DNA of 64,000 nt from an uncultured Candidatus Rokubacteria bacterium. Lineage in GTDB: Bacteria > Methylomirabilota > Methylomirabilia > Rokubacteriales > CSP1-6. The stretch spans positions 480,001-544,000 of the forward strand of contig CAVWFS010000008.1 of NCBI GenBank assembly GCA_963754315.1, written 5' to 3'. The notes beneath the pieces are model-generated. The model had not been told where the DNA came from. It made no database searches and saw only the letters and a list, made by a program, of their open reading frames with translations. The position numbers and the translations under genes are program-made. Position 1 is the stretch's first letter; every line of letters starts with the position of its first letter. Shown in pieces: positions 10,455-20,399 of this stretch.

Positions 10455-11747
10455 TTGTTTCGAGAGACGATCACGGGCGCAGGGACAGCGGAGACAGCGG
10501 GGAAAGGTCTCACGTGGAGCCGTGGCCGATTGATGGCCACCTTGTTCGTGGCTCAGGTCTGCGGCAGCACAGGACACTCGATCGTGATGGCGGTCGGAAG
10601 CATCATGGCCGCCAGCATCACCGGCACGAACACGTGGTCGGGTCTTCCCGTCGGGATCGGCGCGCTCGGCGCCGCGCTCGCAAGCTGGCCGCTGGCCCGC
10701 CTGATGAGCCGGTCCGGACGGCGGCCCGGGCTGAGCCTGGGGTACGGCCTGGCGGTGGTAGGGGCAGTGGTGGGCATGATCGGTGTGGTGTTGGAGAGCT
10801 TCTCCCTGCTGCTCGGCGGGATGGCGCTCTTCGGGATTGCCAATACCTCGAATCTGCTGGCGCGCTACGCCGCGGCCGACGTCAGCCCCGGCGCCCAGCG
10901 GGGGCGCGCCATGGGCCTCATCGTCTGGGGTTCGACCGCTGGCTCGATCATCGGACCGAATCTCATGGGCCCCGCCCTGCGGGCAGGCAACGTCCTGGGA
11001 ATCACGCCCACGGCGAGCGCATTCCTCATCAGCGTGGGCGGCTATGCGCTGGCGGCGATCCTCGTCCAGACGCTCCTACGGCCCGACCCCTTGGCCATCG
11101 CTCGCCAGCTCGGAGAGATCGCCCGCGAGGGCCACTCGTCTCCCCGTGCCCGCTCGCTCGGCGTGATCCTGGCCGATGTGCGAGTGCAGATCGCGATGGC
11201 CGCGCTCACCATCAGCCAGTTCGTGATGATCAGCACGACCTCCACCTCACCGCTGTACCTGCACGACCAGGGGCACCACGTCCACACCATCGGCCTTGCC
11301 GTGTCCCTGCATCTTGCCGGCATGTACGTGGCGTCGCCGCTCTCGGGCTGGCTGTGCGACCGATTCGGCAGGCTTGTGATAATCGGGGCAGGGGCGCTGG
11401 TGTTGATCGCGGCCGTGTTGCTGGCGGGAACGGCTCCCGGCAGCCATCGCGCCCTGATCATCCTGGGATTGTTCCTGAATGGCGTCGGCTGGAATTTCTC
11501 CTTCGTGGCCGGCAGCGCGCTTCTCACCGACGCCCTATCGCCGACCGAACGGGCGTCGACCCAGGGTCTGGCCGACATGGTCATGGGTTTGATGGGTGCC
11601 TTCGGATCCGCGGCCGGCGGCATGATTCTGGGTGTATGGGGCTTCACGATTCTGAACGGGCTGGGCGCCATCCTCGTGCTGGCTCCGCTGGGTGTCACGT
11701 TATGGCGCCGGCCCGCGCTCGCCTCGCTCTCGACGATACGGAGCTAG
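10455..11747 (+). CDS. MFS transporter
   Basis: About 12 hydrophobic segments, SRSGRRPG and CDRFGR motif A; TTG start after AGGAG. Confidence 0.85.
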   Translation: MFRETITGAGTAETAGKGLTWSRGRLMATLFVAQVCGSTGHSIVMAVGSIMAASITGTNTWSGLPVGIGALGAALASWPLARLMSRSGRRPGLSLGYGLAVVGAVVGMIGVVLESFSLLLGGMALFGIANTSNLLARYAAADVSPGAQRGRAMGLIVWGSTAGSIIGPNLMGPALRAGNVLGITPTASAFLISVGGYALAAILVQTLLRPDPLAIARQLGEIAREGHSSPRARSLGVILADVRVQIAMAALTISQFVMISTTSTSPLYLHDQGHHVHTIGLAVSLHLAGMYVASPLSGWLCDRFGRLVIIGAGALVLIAAVLLAGTAPGSHRALIILGLFLNGVGWNFSFVAGSALLTDALSPTERASTQGLADMVMGLMGAFGSAAGGMILGVWGFTILNGLGAILVLAPLGVTLWRRPALASLSTIRS

Positions 11748-11779
11748 GCCGACCAGAACCCAAGGGAGGGCACACGCAG

Positions 11780-12163
11780 ATGCCGAGAAAAGAGATCATC
11801 AAGGTCGATCTCGCGGGATCCAACCCCAATCTGTCGCCGGCCACCAAGTTCGGTAACCTCGTCTTCGTGGCGGGGCAAACCGGCCGCCATCCCACGACGG
11901 GGCAGGTGGGCAAGGACGTCCGTGAGCAGACCCGCAACGTGCTGGAGCGGATCAAGCTCGTCCTGGCGGCGGCTGGCACCTCGCTCGACAATGTGCTGAC
12001 CGTGACCACGCATCTGACCAAGCGTGAGGACCTGGCGGCCTACAATGAGGAGTACGCCAAGTACTTCCCAACCAACAAGCCGGCCAGGACGACGGTGGAG
12101 GTGATGCTGAACGCGCCCGAGCTTCTGGTGGAGATCACGGTGACCGCCTGCATTCCTGACTGA
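11780..12163 (+). CDS. RidA/YjgF/UK114 family protein
   Basis: LSPA..LVFVAGQ, EQTRNVLE, KPARTTV, LVEI; GGGAGG RBS. Confidence 0.9.
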   Translation: MPRKEIIKVDLAGSNPNLSPATKFGNLVFVAGQTGRHPTTGQVGKDVREQTRNVLERIKLVLAAAGTSLDNVLTVTTHLTKREDLAAYNEEYAKYFPTNKPARTTVEVMLNAPELLVEITVTACIPD

Positions 12164-12198
12164 CGGCGCTTGCGTCAACGGTAGAAAGGAGATCGATC

Positions 12199-13314
12199 AT
12201 GGGCCGTATCTACGACGTCATCGATGCCGATGGGCACGTGCTTGAGCCGGTGGACCTGTGGCAGACCTATATCGACCCGGCCTACCGTGATCGTGGGCCC
12301 CGCCTGTTCGTCGACACCGACGGCAAAGAGCGACTGCGAGTCGAGGACAAGGTGCTGGGCAGTCCGAAGGGTCTCGGCCTCATCGGCGCCATCGGGGCCC
12401 GGCAGGGAGTGGTGTCCGACACGACCATCAAGTATGTCGAGGGTCGCCGGGGCGGCTTCGATCCACACGCGCGAATCGTCGACCTCGACGCGGACGGTAT
12501 CGATGCCGCGTTCCTGTATCCGAGCCTGGGCCTGTTCGCGGGAGCGATCGCCGATCCTGGCCTCGCCGCCGCCGTGTGCCGGGCCTACAACCGATGGCTC
12601 GCGGACTATTGCCGCCCGTATCCCGACCGGCTGTTCGGCGTGGCCATGCTGCCCATGCAGTCAATCGACCTGGCCATCGAGGAGATGCGGTACGCCCGGA
12701 AGGACCTTGGCATGCGCGGTGGCTTTCTGCGACCCAACCCGTACAACGGGCGCATGCTACACCATCCGGACTATGCGCCGTTCTGGGCAGCCGTGGAGGA
12801 GCTCGACTTCTCCATCGGTCTTCACGAGGGCGCCAGCGGCGGCATGCCCCAGGTCGGCGTCGACCGCTTCGAGACCCGAGGGGCTCGACACATCATCTCC
12901 CACACCATGGAGATGATGCTGGCCGCCATGAGCGTGATCTGGTGTGGCGTGTGCGACCGTTTCCCCCGGGTGCGCATCGCCTTCCTCGAGTCGGGTGGCG
13001 GCTGGATCGCGCCCTGGCTCGACCGGATGGATCGCCACTTTGACGACCAGGGGTTCAATGACTCCGGGCTCTCCATGCGCCCGAGCGAGCTCTTTCGCCG
13101 CAACTGTTGGATCTCGTTCGAGCCGGTCGAGGGCAGCCTCAGCGTGCTCGCGGACTACATCGGTCCTCACAAGATCCTGTGGGCGACGGACTACCCGCAC
13201 CCCGATGGCTTCTTTCCCGGCGCTCCGCAGTTGATCGCGAAGCGGCCGGAGCTGTCAGAGGCGACGAAGCGCCAGATCCTCGCCGGCGGCGCCGCCGGCT
13301 TCTACGGGCTCTAA
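12199..13314 (+). CDS. Amidohydrolase_2 family protein
   Basis: IDADGHVLEP, FLYPSLGL, AYNRWL, FLESGGGW, WATDYPH. Confidence 0.9.
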   Translation: MGRIYDVIDADGHVLEPVDLWQTYIDPAYRDRGPRLFVDTDGKERLRVEDKVLGSPKGLGLIGAIGARQGVVSDTTIKYVEGRRGGFDPHARIVDLDADGIDAAFLYPSLGLFAGAIADPGLAAAVCRAYNRWLADYCRPYPDRLFGVAMLPMQSIDLAIEEMRYARKDLGMRGGFLRPNPYNGRMLHHPDYAPFWAAVEELDFSIGLHEGASGGMPQVGVDRFETRGARHIISHTMEMMLAAMSVIWCGVCDRFPRVRIAFLESGGGWIAPWLDRMDRHFDDQGFNDSGLSMRPSELFRRNCWISFEPVEGSLSVLADYIGPHKILWATDYPHPDGFFPGAPQLIAKRPELSEATKRQILAGGAAGFYGL

Positions 13315-13330
13315 GGAGACCCGAGCTCGA

Positions 13331-13371
13331 GACGCGCCCCGGGTCACCCGGTGCGCGCCTCGGCGTTGGGG
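13331..13371. repeat. GC-rich hairpin between convergent genes; probable diverged member of the REP-like family or a terminator
   Basis: Minus strand reads ccccaacg-ccga-ggcgcgca-ccgggtgacccgg-ggcgcgtc, the same 8+13+8 geometry and ccccaacg leader as the 17.7/46.6 kb elements. Confidence 0.45.
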
Positions 13372-13372
13372 C

Positions 13373-13810
13373 CTACTTTGGCTTGCGGAATGCGAAGTTG
13401 TACGGACCTGAAGCGCTGCGGCCCGAGCCGACCAGCGCCCAGTTGTCACCCTCGTCCATCACCACCGCCGAACCCGTGCGAGTCCCCACCGCCCCAGCCG
13501 CTTCGCCTCGTCCCGTGCCTCCGCCGGTCGCCATGAAGACCACCGCGCCGTCACTGACCTCCGCCTTGCCTTGAGCGGTCCAGGGGCCCGCTTGGAGCGA
13601 ATATGTGCCATCGGGGTTGAGCCTTAGAGTGGCCGGGATGTTATCCCCCGTGGCTCCCCTCCCCGTCCCCTGCCACGTCCCGGCGAGCGTCTTGAGATCG
13701 GACGTGTAGACTGTTCTCTGCGTGCCCGCACTGCTGAAGGTAGTGCTGCCGCACCCGGCCAGCGCCGATGCGACCAGCGCGACGCCACAAGCCATCCACA
13801 GTTTCGCCAT
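13373..13810 (-). CDS. Hypothetical lipoprotein
   Basis: Signal peptide with LAGC lipobox, LAGTWQGT beta-barrel-like start; AGGAGG RBS before ATG 13810. Confidence 0.7.
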   Translation of the reverse strand: MAKLWMACGVALVASALAGCGSTTFSSAGTQRTVYTSDLKTLAGTWQGTGRGATGDNIPATLRLNPDGTYSLQAGPWTAQGKAEVSDGAVVFMATGGGTGRGEAAGAVGTRTGSAVVMDEGDNWALVGSGRSASGPYNFAFRKPK

Positions 13811-13986
13811 CGCGACCCTCCTTCTCCCCTCGACCCGAGAGGCCACCTGACAGGTGCCTCATCCCCGCGGTCATGATGGGATGGCACCCCGAGGGATATG
13901 GTATTGCACGCGACGGGACGAGCGCAACTGGGGTTCTTCGCGCCGCGCGGTGATCTCCTTGAAGGACTCGAACCTGGACCCGCTGA

Positions 13987-15111
13987 TTACCACTCGAGGG
14001 CGTCCGCCATCCGGCGCTTGTGCCAGCGGGGATCACCCAGGTACGAGAACAGCGTGCGGGACATCTGGGTATGGGCGACGAGGCCGTACTCGGTCAGACT
14101 ACCCTGGCCAGCGTGGACCTCGTGCGCAGCGTTACAGGCTTCCATGTAGGCCTCGCTGCTGACCGCCTTGGCCATGTGAACGGCTGCGGCAGCGGGCTGC
14201 CCCGTGTCGAGCTTCCACAGCGCTTCCGCCGTGGTCCAGCGCGCGGCGTCCAGGTGATTGACCAGACGGATGATGTGGTCCTGGACGCGCTGGAAACGTC
14301 CGATGGGGACACCGAACTGCACCCGCTCGCGGCTGTGTGCCACCGACATGTCGAACACGGCCTGACACCCGCCGACCATGTACGAGCACAAAATGGGCAG
14401 GGCCCGCAGGAGGGCGCGTTCGAGGAGCATCCAGCCCTGGCTCTTGCGATCCCCGAGCAGTTGGGTGGCCGGGACCTCGACACCGTCGAACGTCACCTCG
14501 CATTGCCAGGAGAGAAAGCCTGGCAGGCGTCGCACGCGGACACCGGGTGCGCGCGTGTCGACGAGCAACAACCCCACCTGGGCAGGCTCGTTTCCGGTGC
14601 GGATGGCGACGATCAAGTGCGTGGTCGCGGTGGCGTCGCTCACGAACAGCTTCGTGCCGTGGAGGCGGTAGCGGTCATCCCGCTGCTCAGGGGTGAGCGT
14701 GATGCCTTCGGGACCCCACGAGGTATTGGGCTCGGTAATGGCGAGCGATAGCACCGATTCGCCGCGGGCGACAGGGGGAAGGATCGCACGCCGCTGCTCC
14801 TCGGTGGCCGCCTCCATCACCGCCAGGACTCCCAGGACCCCAGAGCTGAAGAACGGTCCCGGAAGCGGCGCGCGGCCGAGCTCCTCGTAGAGCACGGCGG
14901 CGTCGGTGAGGCTGCTCTCGGTGCCCCCCAAGGCAGTGGGAACGAGGATGCCGAGCCAGCCAGCCTCGGAGGCCTTGCGCCACAGCTCGGGCACCAGGCT
15001 CGATTCGGATCGTTGCAGAGCGACCACCGTGTGCCGCGGGGCCTCTCGTTCGACGAAGGTGCGTGCCGCCGCCCGCAGCATTTCCTGCGCTTCGGTCAGG
15101 GACAGATCCAT
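13987..15111 (-). CDS. Acyl-CoA dehydrogenase family protein (short partner subunit of a paired ACAD)
   Basis: MDLSLTEAQEML, EELGRAPLPGP, LHGTKLFV, RVQFGVPIGRFQ. Confidence 0.85.
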   Translation of the reverse strand: MDLSLTEAQEMLRAAARTFVEREAPRHTVVALQRSESSLVPELWRKASEAGWLGILVPTALGGTESSLTDAAVLYEELGRAPLPGPFFSSGVLGVLAVMEAATEEQRRAILPPVARGESVLSLAITEPNTSWGPEGITLTPEQRDDRYRLHGTKLFVSDATATTHLIVAIRTGNEPAQVGLLLVDTRAPGVRVRRLPGFLSWQCEVTFDGVEVPATQLLGDRKSQGWMLLERALLRALPILCSYMVGGCQAVFDMSVAHSRERVQFGVPIGRFQRVQDHIIRLVNHLDAARWTTAEALWKLDTGQPAAAAVHMAKAVSSEAYMEACNAAHEVHAGQGSLTEYGLVAHTQMSRTLFSYLGDPRWHKRRMADALEW

Positions 15112-15112
15112 C

Positions 15113-16345
15113 TCAGTGCACGGTGCCGGGGGCCTCGCGAGCGGCGCGGCCAATGCCGATCCGCCGGGCCATGCTGATGCGCTGGATATCCGCCGTCCCG
15201 CCCGGATGCACGGCGACGATCCCGTTGCGCTGCTGCAACTCTAGAAAGCCTTCGGGCGACCCCCAGGTCTCGTCGCTGGTGAGGGCGACCGATCCAACTG
15301 CTTCGAGAATGGCGCCCGTCATCCACAGGCCCGTCATCTTGCGGTAGTAGGAAAGCTGGGGACCCTCGTACGAGCGCGCCCGGCCCGAATAGGTCAGCCA
15401 GAAGTTGCGCAGACCGAACAGCCGCATCACCTCGGTCTTGATGTAGATGTCGGCCAGCAGGTCACGGGTGTCCGGGTGCTGGCTGAGGGGCACCCCGTCG
15501 CGCTTGGTGTCCTGGCAGTACCGCAGCAGCCGGTCCCAGACGCGATGCCGACCGATGCGTCCCCCCGCGCCGTGTTCAAGCTCGAGGTGGGTGCTGGCCG
15601 CCTTCCAGCCGTTGTTCTCACCTCCGACGAGGGTGAAGGCGGGCACGCGCACCTGATCGAAGAAGACGGTGTTCTTCACGACTGGATCGGTGCCGCCCTC
15701 GCCTCCCGTGCCCAGCAGCTCCATGGGCTGGACGGTGATACCGGGCAGGGCAGCATCGATCATGAACCAGGAGACGTTCTCGTGACGGGGCCCCCCGGGC
15801 CTGGTGCAGGCGATCATCCAGATCCGCTCGGCGCCGTGGTCGCTGCCGACAAAAATCTTCTGGCCGTTGATGACGTACTCGTCGCCATCACGGATGGCCG
15901 TGGTGGTTACTCCTGCCAGGTCGGAGCCCGCTCCCGGCTCGGTGAGAAGCTGCCAGGTGCGCACTTCGCCCCGATAGATCGGCGGAAGGAACACCTGCCG
16001 CTGCTCCTCGGTACCCCACACCATGATGGTGGCCGAGCCGAGCCGTCCGCCGCTGTCGTAGTACGGCGGCAGCGAGAGACCCAGCCGGTCGACCTCCTCC
16101 TCGAGGATGATCGTGTGATCCACATCGAGTCCCCCGCCGCCATACTGGACGGGCGTTCGTGGATAGAGCCATCCCTTGGCTCCGAGCTTGCGCCCGAAGG
16201 CGCGAAGCTCTCGATAGCGCTGGAGACTGTCTTCGGCGGAGGCGGGTGTGCGCGTAAGACCGGCGGTCGCGTTGGCCTCGAGCCAGGCTCGCACCTCACG
16301 GCGAAACCGCTGCTGCTCTTGGGTATATGTGACCTCGAAATCCAT
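15113..16345 (-). CDS. Acyl-CoA dehydrogenase family protein
   Basis: WQLLTEPGAGSDLAG, INGQKIF, GGENNGW, GGTADIQR. Confidence 0.9.
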   Translation of the reverse strand: MDFEVTYTQEQQRFRREVRAWLEANATAGLTRTPASAEDSLQRYRELRAFGRKLGAKGWLYPRTPVQYGGGGLDVDHTIILEEEVDRLGLSLPPYYDSGGRLGSATIMVWGTEEQRQVFLPPIYRGEVRTWQLLTEPGAGSDLAGVTTTAIRDGDEYVINGQKIFVGSDHGAERIWMIACTRPGGPRHENVSWFMIDAALPGITVQPMELLGTGGEGGTDPVVKNTVFFDQVRVPAFTLVGGENNGWKAASTHLELEHGAGGRIGRHRVWDRLLRYCQDTKRDGVPLSQHPDTRDLLADIYIKTEVMRLFGLRNFWLTYSGRARSYEGPQLSYYRKMTGLWMTGAILEAVGSVALTSDETWGSPEGFLELQQRNGIVAVHPGGTADIQRISMARRIGIGRAAREAPGTVH

Positions 16346-16351
16346 AGGACC

Positions 16352-17632
16352 TCACACTGTCTGCAAGATCTCGGTGGCGGGGACGTCTCGTGCCAGGATC
16401 TCGCGCCAGTTGGCGTCGCGTGACAGCACCCCCTCAGAGGCCCGGAGCCCGTAGTAGCTGGGGTTGATACCGCGCGGTGTTCCGCCCTGCTCCACCGTTG
16501 TGACCGCCTGCAGGAGCAGGCGACGGGCCTGGATCACGGCCTTATCAGCGGGGCCGAGGTGTTCGCGGCTGCGATCGACCACTCGCCCCATGCTCTCCTG
16601 AATGGCCCGGTCCTGGGCATTGATCCCATCGATGCCGGTGAACGTCTCGGTCTTCTGAACGTGCCGATCGAGCAGGTAGTTGTTCAGACGATTGCGCCGG
16701 GAGCGAAACGTGGTCTGGTCGACGTCCGCGGGCCCGTTGCCCAGCCGGCGCTCGAGCCGGTCCTCGTCACTGAGGGGCTCGCGGGTTGTGCTGTATTCCC
16801 AGTTGAACACCATGGTGGTCTCGTCGTCCATGGGTACCCAGATGTGCCCGGCGACGGCCGGGACATCCCCATCCGTTCGAGAGGGACGGATCTGGTGGAA
16901 AGGCAAGATGAAATGATAGGTACGGATGTAGACGTCGGCCTCGTCGAGCGGCCGGATGCCCGCGTACTGGTAGCCATAGTCAGTCAGGTCGACGACGAGC
17001 CGGGGGGCCTTCCCTCTTACAAACGGATTCGCCGGCTTGAACCCCGGGCGACGAGACCCCGGAGCGATCACGCGGTGCAGGATGGGCGCATGCGAGGTAT
17101 CGATCCCGCCTTCGAGCCCCTGCAGCCAGTTGGTCTCTTGGATCACCTTGGAGATGTGACGATGGGTGGCGGGCATCTCGGTCCAGGCGAACTGGGGCAG
17201 GGGTGGCTGCAGCGCGGGGGGGCCCATGTATGCCCAGATGACTCCCCCCAGCTCGACCATGGGGTAGGCGGTAGTGCTGATCTTGTGCGCAAAGCCGAGC
17301 TCTTCCGGCTCGTTCATCATGTCCACGCACTGGCCGGTCGTGTCGAACTTCCACCCGTGATACACGCAGCGCAGTCCGCAGTCCTCGTTTCGGCCGAAGA
17401 ACAAGGATGCCCGTCGGTGTGGACAGTACTCGTCGAGCAGGCCGAGCGTGCCACGCGTGTCCCGGAAGGCGATGAGATCCTCGCCGAGTAGCTTGACGCG
17501 GACAGGTGGACAATCGGGCTCGGGCAACTCCCAGGCGAGTAGCGCGGGAATCCAGTACCGCCGCATCGTCGTGCCCATCGGCGTGCCGGGACCCACTTTG
17601 GTGAGCCGCGCGTTGTCCTCGCGTGACAGCAT
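16352..17632 (-). CDS. Rieske non-heme iron oxygenase (phthalate 4,5-dioxygenase/LigX-like)
   Basis: CPHR...CVYHGW Rieske ligands, IDTSHAPILH mononuclear Fe motif, QDRAIQESMG; AAAGGAG RBS. Confidence 0.92.
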   Translation of the reverse strand: MLSREDNARLTKVGPGTPMGTTMRRYWIPALLAWELPEPDCPPVRVKLLGEDLIAFRDTRGTLGLLDEYCPHRRASLFFGRNEDCGLRCVYHGWKFDTTGQCVDMMNEPEELGFAHKISTTAYPMVELGGVIWAYMGPPALQPPLPQFAWTEMPATHRHISKVIQETNWLQGLEGGIDTSHAPILHRVIAPGSRRPGFKPANPFVRGKAPRLVVDLTDYGYQYAGIRPLDEADVYIRTYHFILPFHQIRPSRTDGDVPAVAGHIWVPMDDETTMVFNWEYSTTREPLSDEDRLERRLGNGPADVDQTTFRSRRNRLNNYLLDRHVQKTETFTGIDGINAQDRAIQESMGRVVDRSREHLGPADKAVIQARRLLLQAVTTVEQGGTPRGINPSYYGLRASEGVLSRDANWREILARDVPATEILQTV

Positions 17633-17653
17633 GATTGACGACTCCTTTCATGG

Positions 17654-17840
17654 GGGGCCTCGAAAGGGCCCCCCAGAGCCCCCCAACGTTCGGGGTGCCC
17701 CGGGAAACCCGTGGCACCCCTCTGGATTGCGCCAGGTGCTCGGGGCCTCGAAAGGGCCCCCCAAGCCCCCCAACGTTCGGGGTGCCCCGGGAAACCCGTG
17801 GCACCCCTCTGGATTGCGCCAGGTGCTCGGGGCCTCGAAG
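17654..17840. repeat. Tandem 88/87-bp REP-like units (two full copies plus a partial third), each with two hairpins
   Basis: Unit starts at 17654, 17742, 17829; hairpins ggggcctcgaaagggcccc and ggggtgcc-ccgggaaacccgt-ggcacccc (17692-17720, 17779-17807). Confidence 0.9.
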
Positions 17841-17960
17841 GCCGGCTGACGCCTCTGAGCTTGCTCTATCCGAGGCTACGGCGAATGTCAACGGTCCCCG
17901 CCGGCGATCCACTACAGGGCCGCTCGACCGTGTACCATCTCTGACGACCATGCCGCGCCC

Positions 17961-19262
17961 ATGCACTTCGCCCAGTACCTGATGCACAGCCCGACGTATC
18001 ACAGCATTGCCATGTGGCGCCATCCGCGGACGGACCGGAGCTACGACTGGCGCCGTCCCGAGCTGTACCAGCACATTGCCCAGGTGTGCGAGCGGGGCAA
18101 GCTCGACATGGTGTTCTTCGCGGACTTCAACTACATCTTCGATCGCTACCAGGGCTCGCCGGACATGGCTCTCCGCTACGCCACTCAGACTCCCATGCAC
18201 GATCCCGTGCCCCTGCTGTCCTGGATGGGGGCGGCCACCACGAGAATCGGCCTTGCTACCACCTTTGCCGTGAGTCACCAGCACCCCTTCTATGTGGCCC
18301 GCCTGTTCGCGACCCTCGATCACCTCACGCGTGGACGGGTAGGTTGGAACATCGTAACGTTTGCCAATCGCCACCAGACAACCAGCGACTACCCCGAACC
18401 CACCGAGCACGATGCTCGCTACGAGCGGGCCGACGAGTTCGTCGACGTGTGCTATCGGCTGTGGGACAGCTGGGACGACGATGCGCTGGTGATGGACCGT
18501 GAGGCCGGAATCTTCGCCGACCCGGCCAAGATCCGGCGCCTCGACCACGATGGCCGCTTCTTCCGGTCGCACGGGCCCTTGCACGTCACGCCCTCGCCCC
18601 AGCGCCGGCCAGTCATCATCCAGGCGGGCGCCTCCGGGCGCGGGCGAGATTTTGCCGCCAAGCACGCCGAGGTCATCTTCGCCATCCAACCGTTCGTGGA
18701 AGGTGCGACCGCCTACTACCGCGATGTCAAGCAGCGCATGGGCGAGCTGGGTCGGCGTGCGAGCGACTGCAAGATCCTCTTCGGCGTGCAGATCTTCGTG
18801 GCCGAGACGGCGGGGGCCGCGCGTGACAAGCAGGATCTGCACAATAGCCTCGTCCCCCTCGAAGGCGCGGTGGCCCATCTGTCGGGGGCCCTCGACACCG
18901 ACCTCTCCACCGTGCCTCTGGACACGGTGATGCGTCCGTTCGAGGCCACCCGCTCGCAAGGCGTCGTCGACATGTACACCCGCGTTGCCGGGCGCACCTT
19001 GACGCTCAGGGAGATGGCCCTCCGTCACGGGCAGAGCGTGGGGTTTCCCCAACTCGTCGGCACGCCCGAGCAGGTGGCCGATCAGCTCGAGGACTACTAC
19101 GAGCGGGCTGGCGGTGACGGCTTCATGCTCACCATGGCCTACGCCCCCGCCGCCGTCGAGGAGTTCGTCTCCATGGTCGTGCCCGTCCTGCAACGGCGCG
19201 GCCGCTTGCGCGCAGACTATCGTGGCTCCACCCTGCGCGAGATTCTTCGCGAGAACGACTGA
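17961..19262 (+). CDS. NtaA/SnaA/DszA family FMNH2-dependent monooxygenase (luciferase-like)
   Basis: WRHP, ERGKLDMVFFAD, HDP, LDHLTRGRVGWNIVT, PSPQRRPVIIQAGASGRGR, LQRRG..RADYRGSTLRE. Confidence 0.92.
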   Translation: MHFAQYLMHSPTYHSIAMWRHPRTDRSYDWRRPELYQHIAQVCERGKLDMVFFADFNYIFDRYQGSPDMALRYATQTPMHDPVPLLSWMGAATTRIGLATTFAVSHQHPFYVARLFATLDHLTRGRVGWNIVTFANRHQTTSDYPEPTEHDARYERADEFVDVCYRLWDSWDDDALVMDREAGIFADPAKIRRLDHDGRFFRSHGPLHVTPSPQRRPVIIQAGASGRGRDFAAKHAEVIFAIQPFVEGATAYYRDVKQRMGELGRRASDCKILFGVQIFVAETAGAARDKQDLHNSLVPLEGAVAHLSGALDTDLSTVPLDTVMRPFEATRSQGVVDMYTRVAGRTLTLREMALRHGQSVGFPQLVGTPEQVADQLEDYYERAGGDGFMLTMAYAPAAVEEFVSMVVPVLQRRGRLRADYRGSTLREILREND

Positions 19263-19282
19263 GCGACAGCGCGAGATACGGA

Positions 19283-20378
19283 ATGTCGGTGCCTCCGGCC
19301 CTCGTCGACGACATCGGCGTGCTCCTGGCGCCCCTGCTGGAAACGCTCGATCGTGTAGCAGTGGGTGCAGAGGCACCTCCATCCACCGCGAGCGGAGCGC
19401 CTGGCCGAGGCCCTTGCTCCGGGGCGGGATGAGCTCACCCGGGTGCGCCGCACCCTGGACGGGTTCGACTGGCCGGTCGAGCTCTCCTTCATGCGCGATC
19501 GGCTGCATGAGGTAACCGACCAGACCCTGGACCTGGTGACGAGGTTCATCGCGGCCACCCGCTCGCCCGACGAGCCAATCGGGCTCTACCGGGCTCTGCG
19601 CCCCTTCGCGAGGATTCAGGAGGCACTCTACCCGCTAACCGCCTTCTTCGAGTCGGTCAGCCTGTGGTTCCTCGAGCCGGGGCGACGAGATCGCGCTGCC
19701 CTCACCCGCCTTCATGGGGCGGCCGAGCGCGCCGATGAAGCCCGGGTCGGAGTACTGCACACCTCGAACGAGCGCGACACCCGGGGAGGATTCTCCCTCT
19801 ATGTGCCCGAGCAGTGGGATGGACGAGCCGCGATGCCGCTGGTGGTGGCTCTTCACGGCGGCCACGGACATGGCCGTGACTTTCTGTGGAGTTGGCTGCG
19901 CGAGGCGCGCTCGCGCGGCATGCTCTTGCTCAGCCCCACCTCGCGCGAGCGCACCTGGTCGATCATGGGCGGGCCGGACGTGGACACGCTCGCGCTGCGC
20001 GAGATGGTCGCCTCGGTGGCTGGGCGCTATCCGGTCGACCGCGCGCGAGTGCTGCTGACCGGCATGTCCGATGGCGCCACCTATGCGCTCCTGTGCGGCC
20101 TCGGCGAGCACATGCCGTTCACCCACCTGGCACCCGCATGTGGCGTGTTGCACCCCTTCCTGTTCGGCAACGGCGGGATCGACCGTGCGCGCGGTCGGCC
20201 GATCTACCTGATCCACGGGGCGCTCGACTGGATGTTCCCCCTTCACATCGCCCGCATGGCACGCGAAACCTTGCTGGCCGCGGGCGCCCGGCTCGTCTAC
20301 CGGGAGATCGAGGACCTGTCTCACACATATCCGCGCGACGAGAACCCGCGGATCCTCGACTGGCTGATGGCCGAGTAG
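19283..20378 (+). CDS. Alpha/beta-hydrolase (phospholipase/carboxylesterase-like) with N-terminal helical domain; +1 frameshift near 19357
   Basis: LVVALHGGHG, GMSDG nucleophile elbow, IHGALDWMFP, LSHTYP; ATG 19283 joins the ORF if one base in cgtgtagcag is removed (LDRVQWVQRH). Confidence 0.8.
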
Positions 20379-20399
20379 GCTCTTCCTCGGCAGTGAGCG

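Noticed and set aside
17654..17840. Possible CRISPR array
   Set aside because: Sequences between the palindromes are identical rather than unique spacers, there are only two units, and no cas genes are present.
16980..19508. 842-aa minus-strand ORF and similar long ORFs (23722-25767, 28299-29819, 45143-46804, 20499-21698)
   Set aside because: Antisense or off-frame shadows of well-supported genes in high-GC DNA, with no recognisable motifs.
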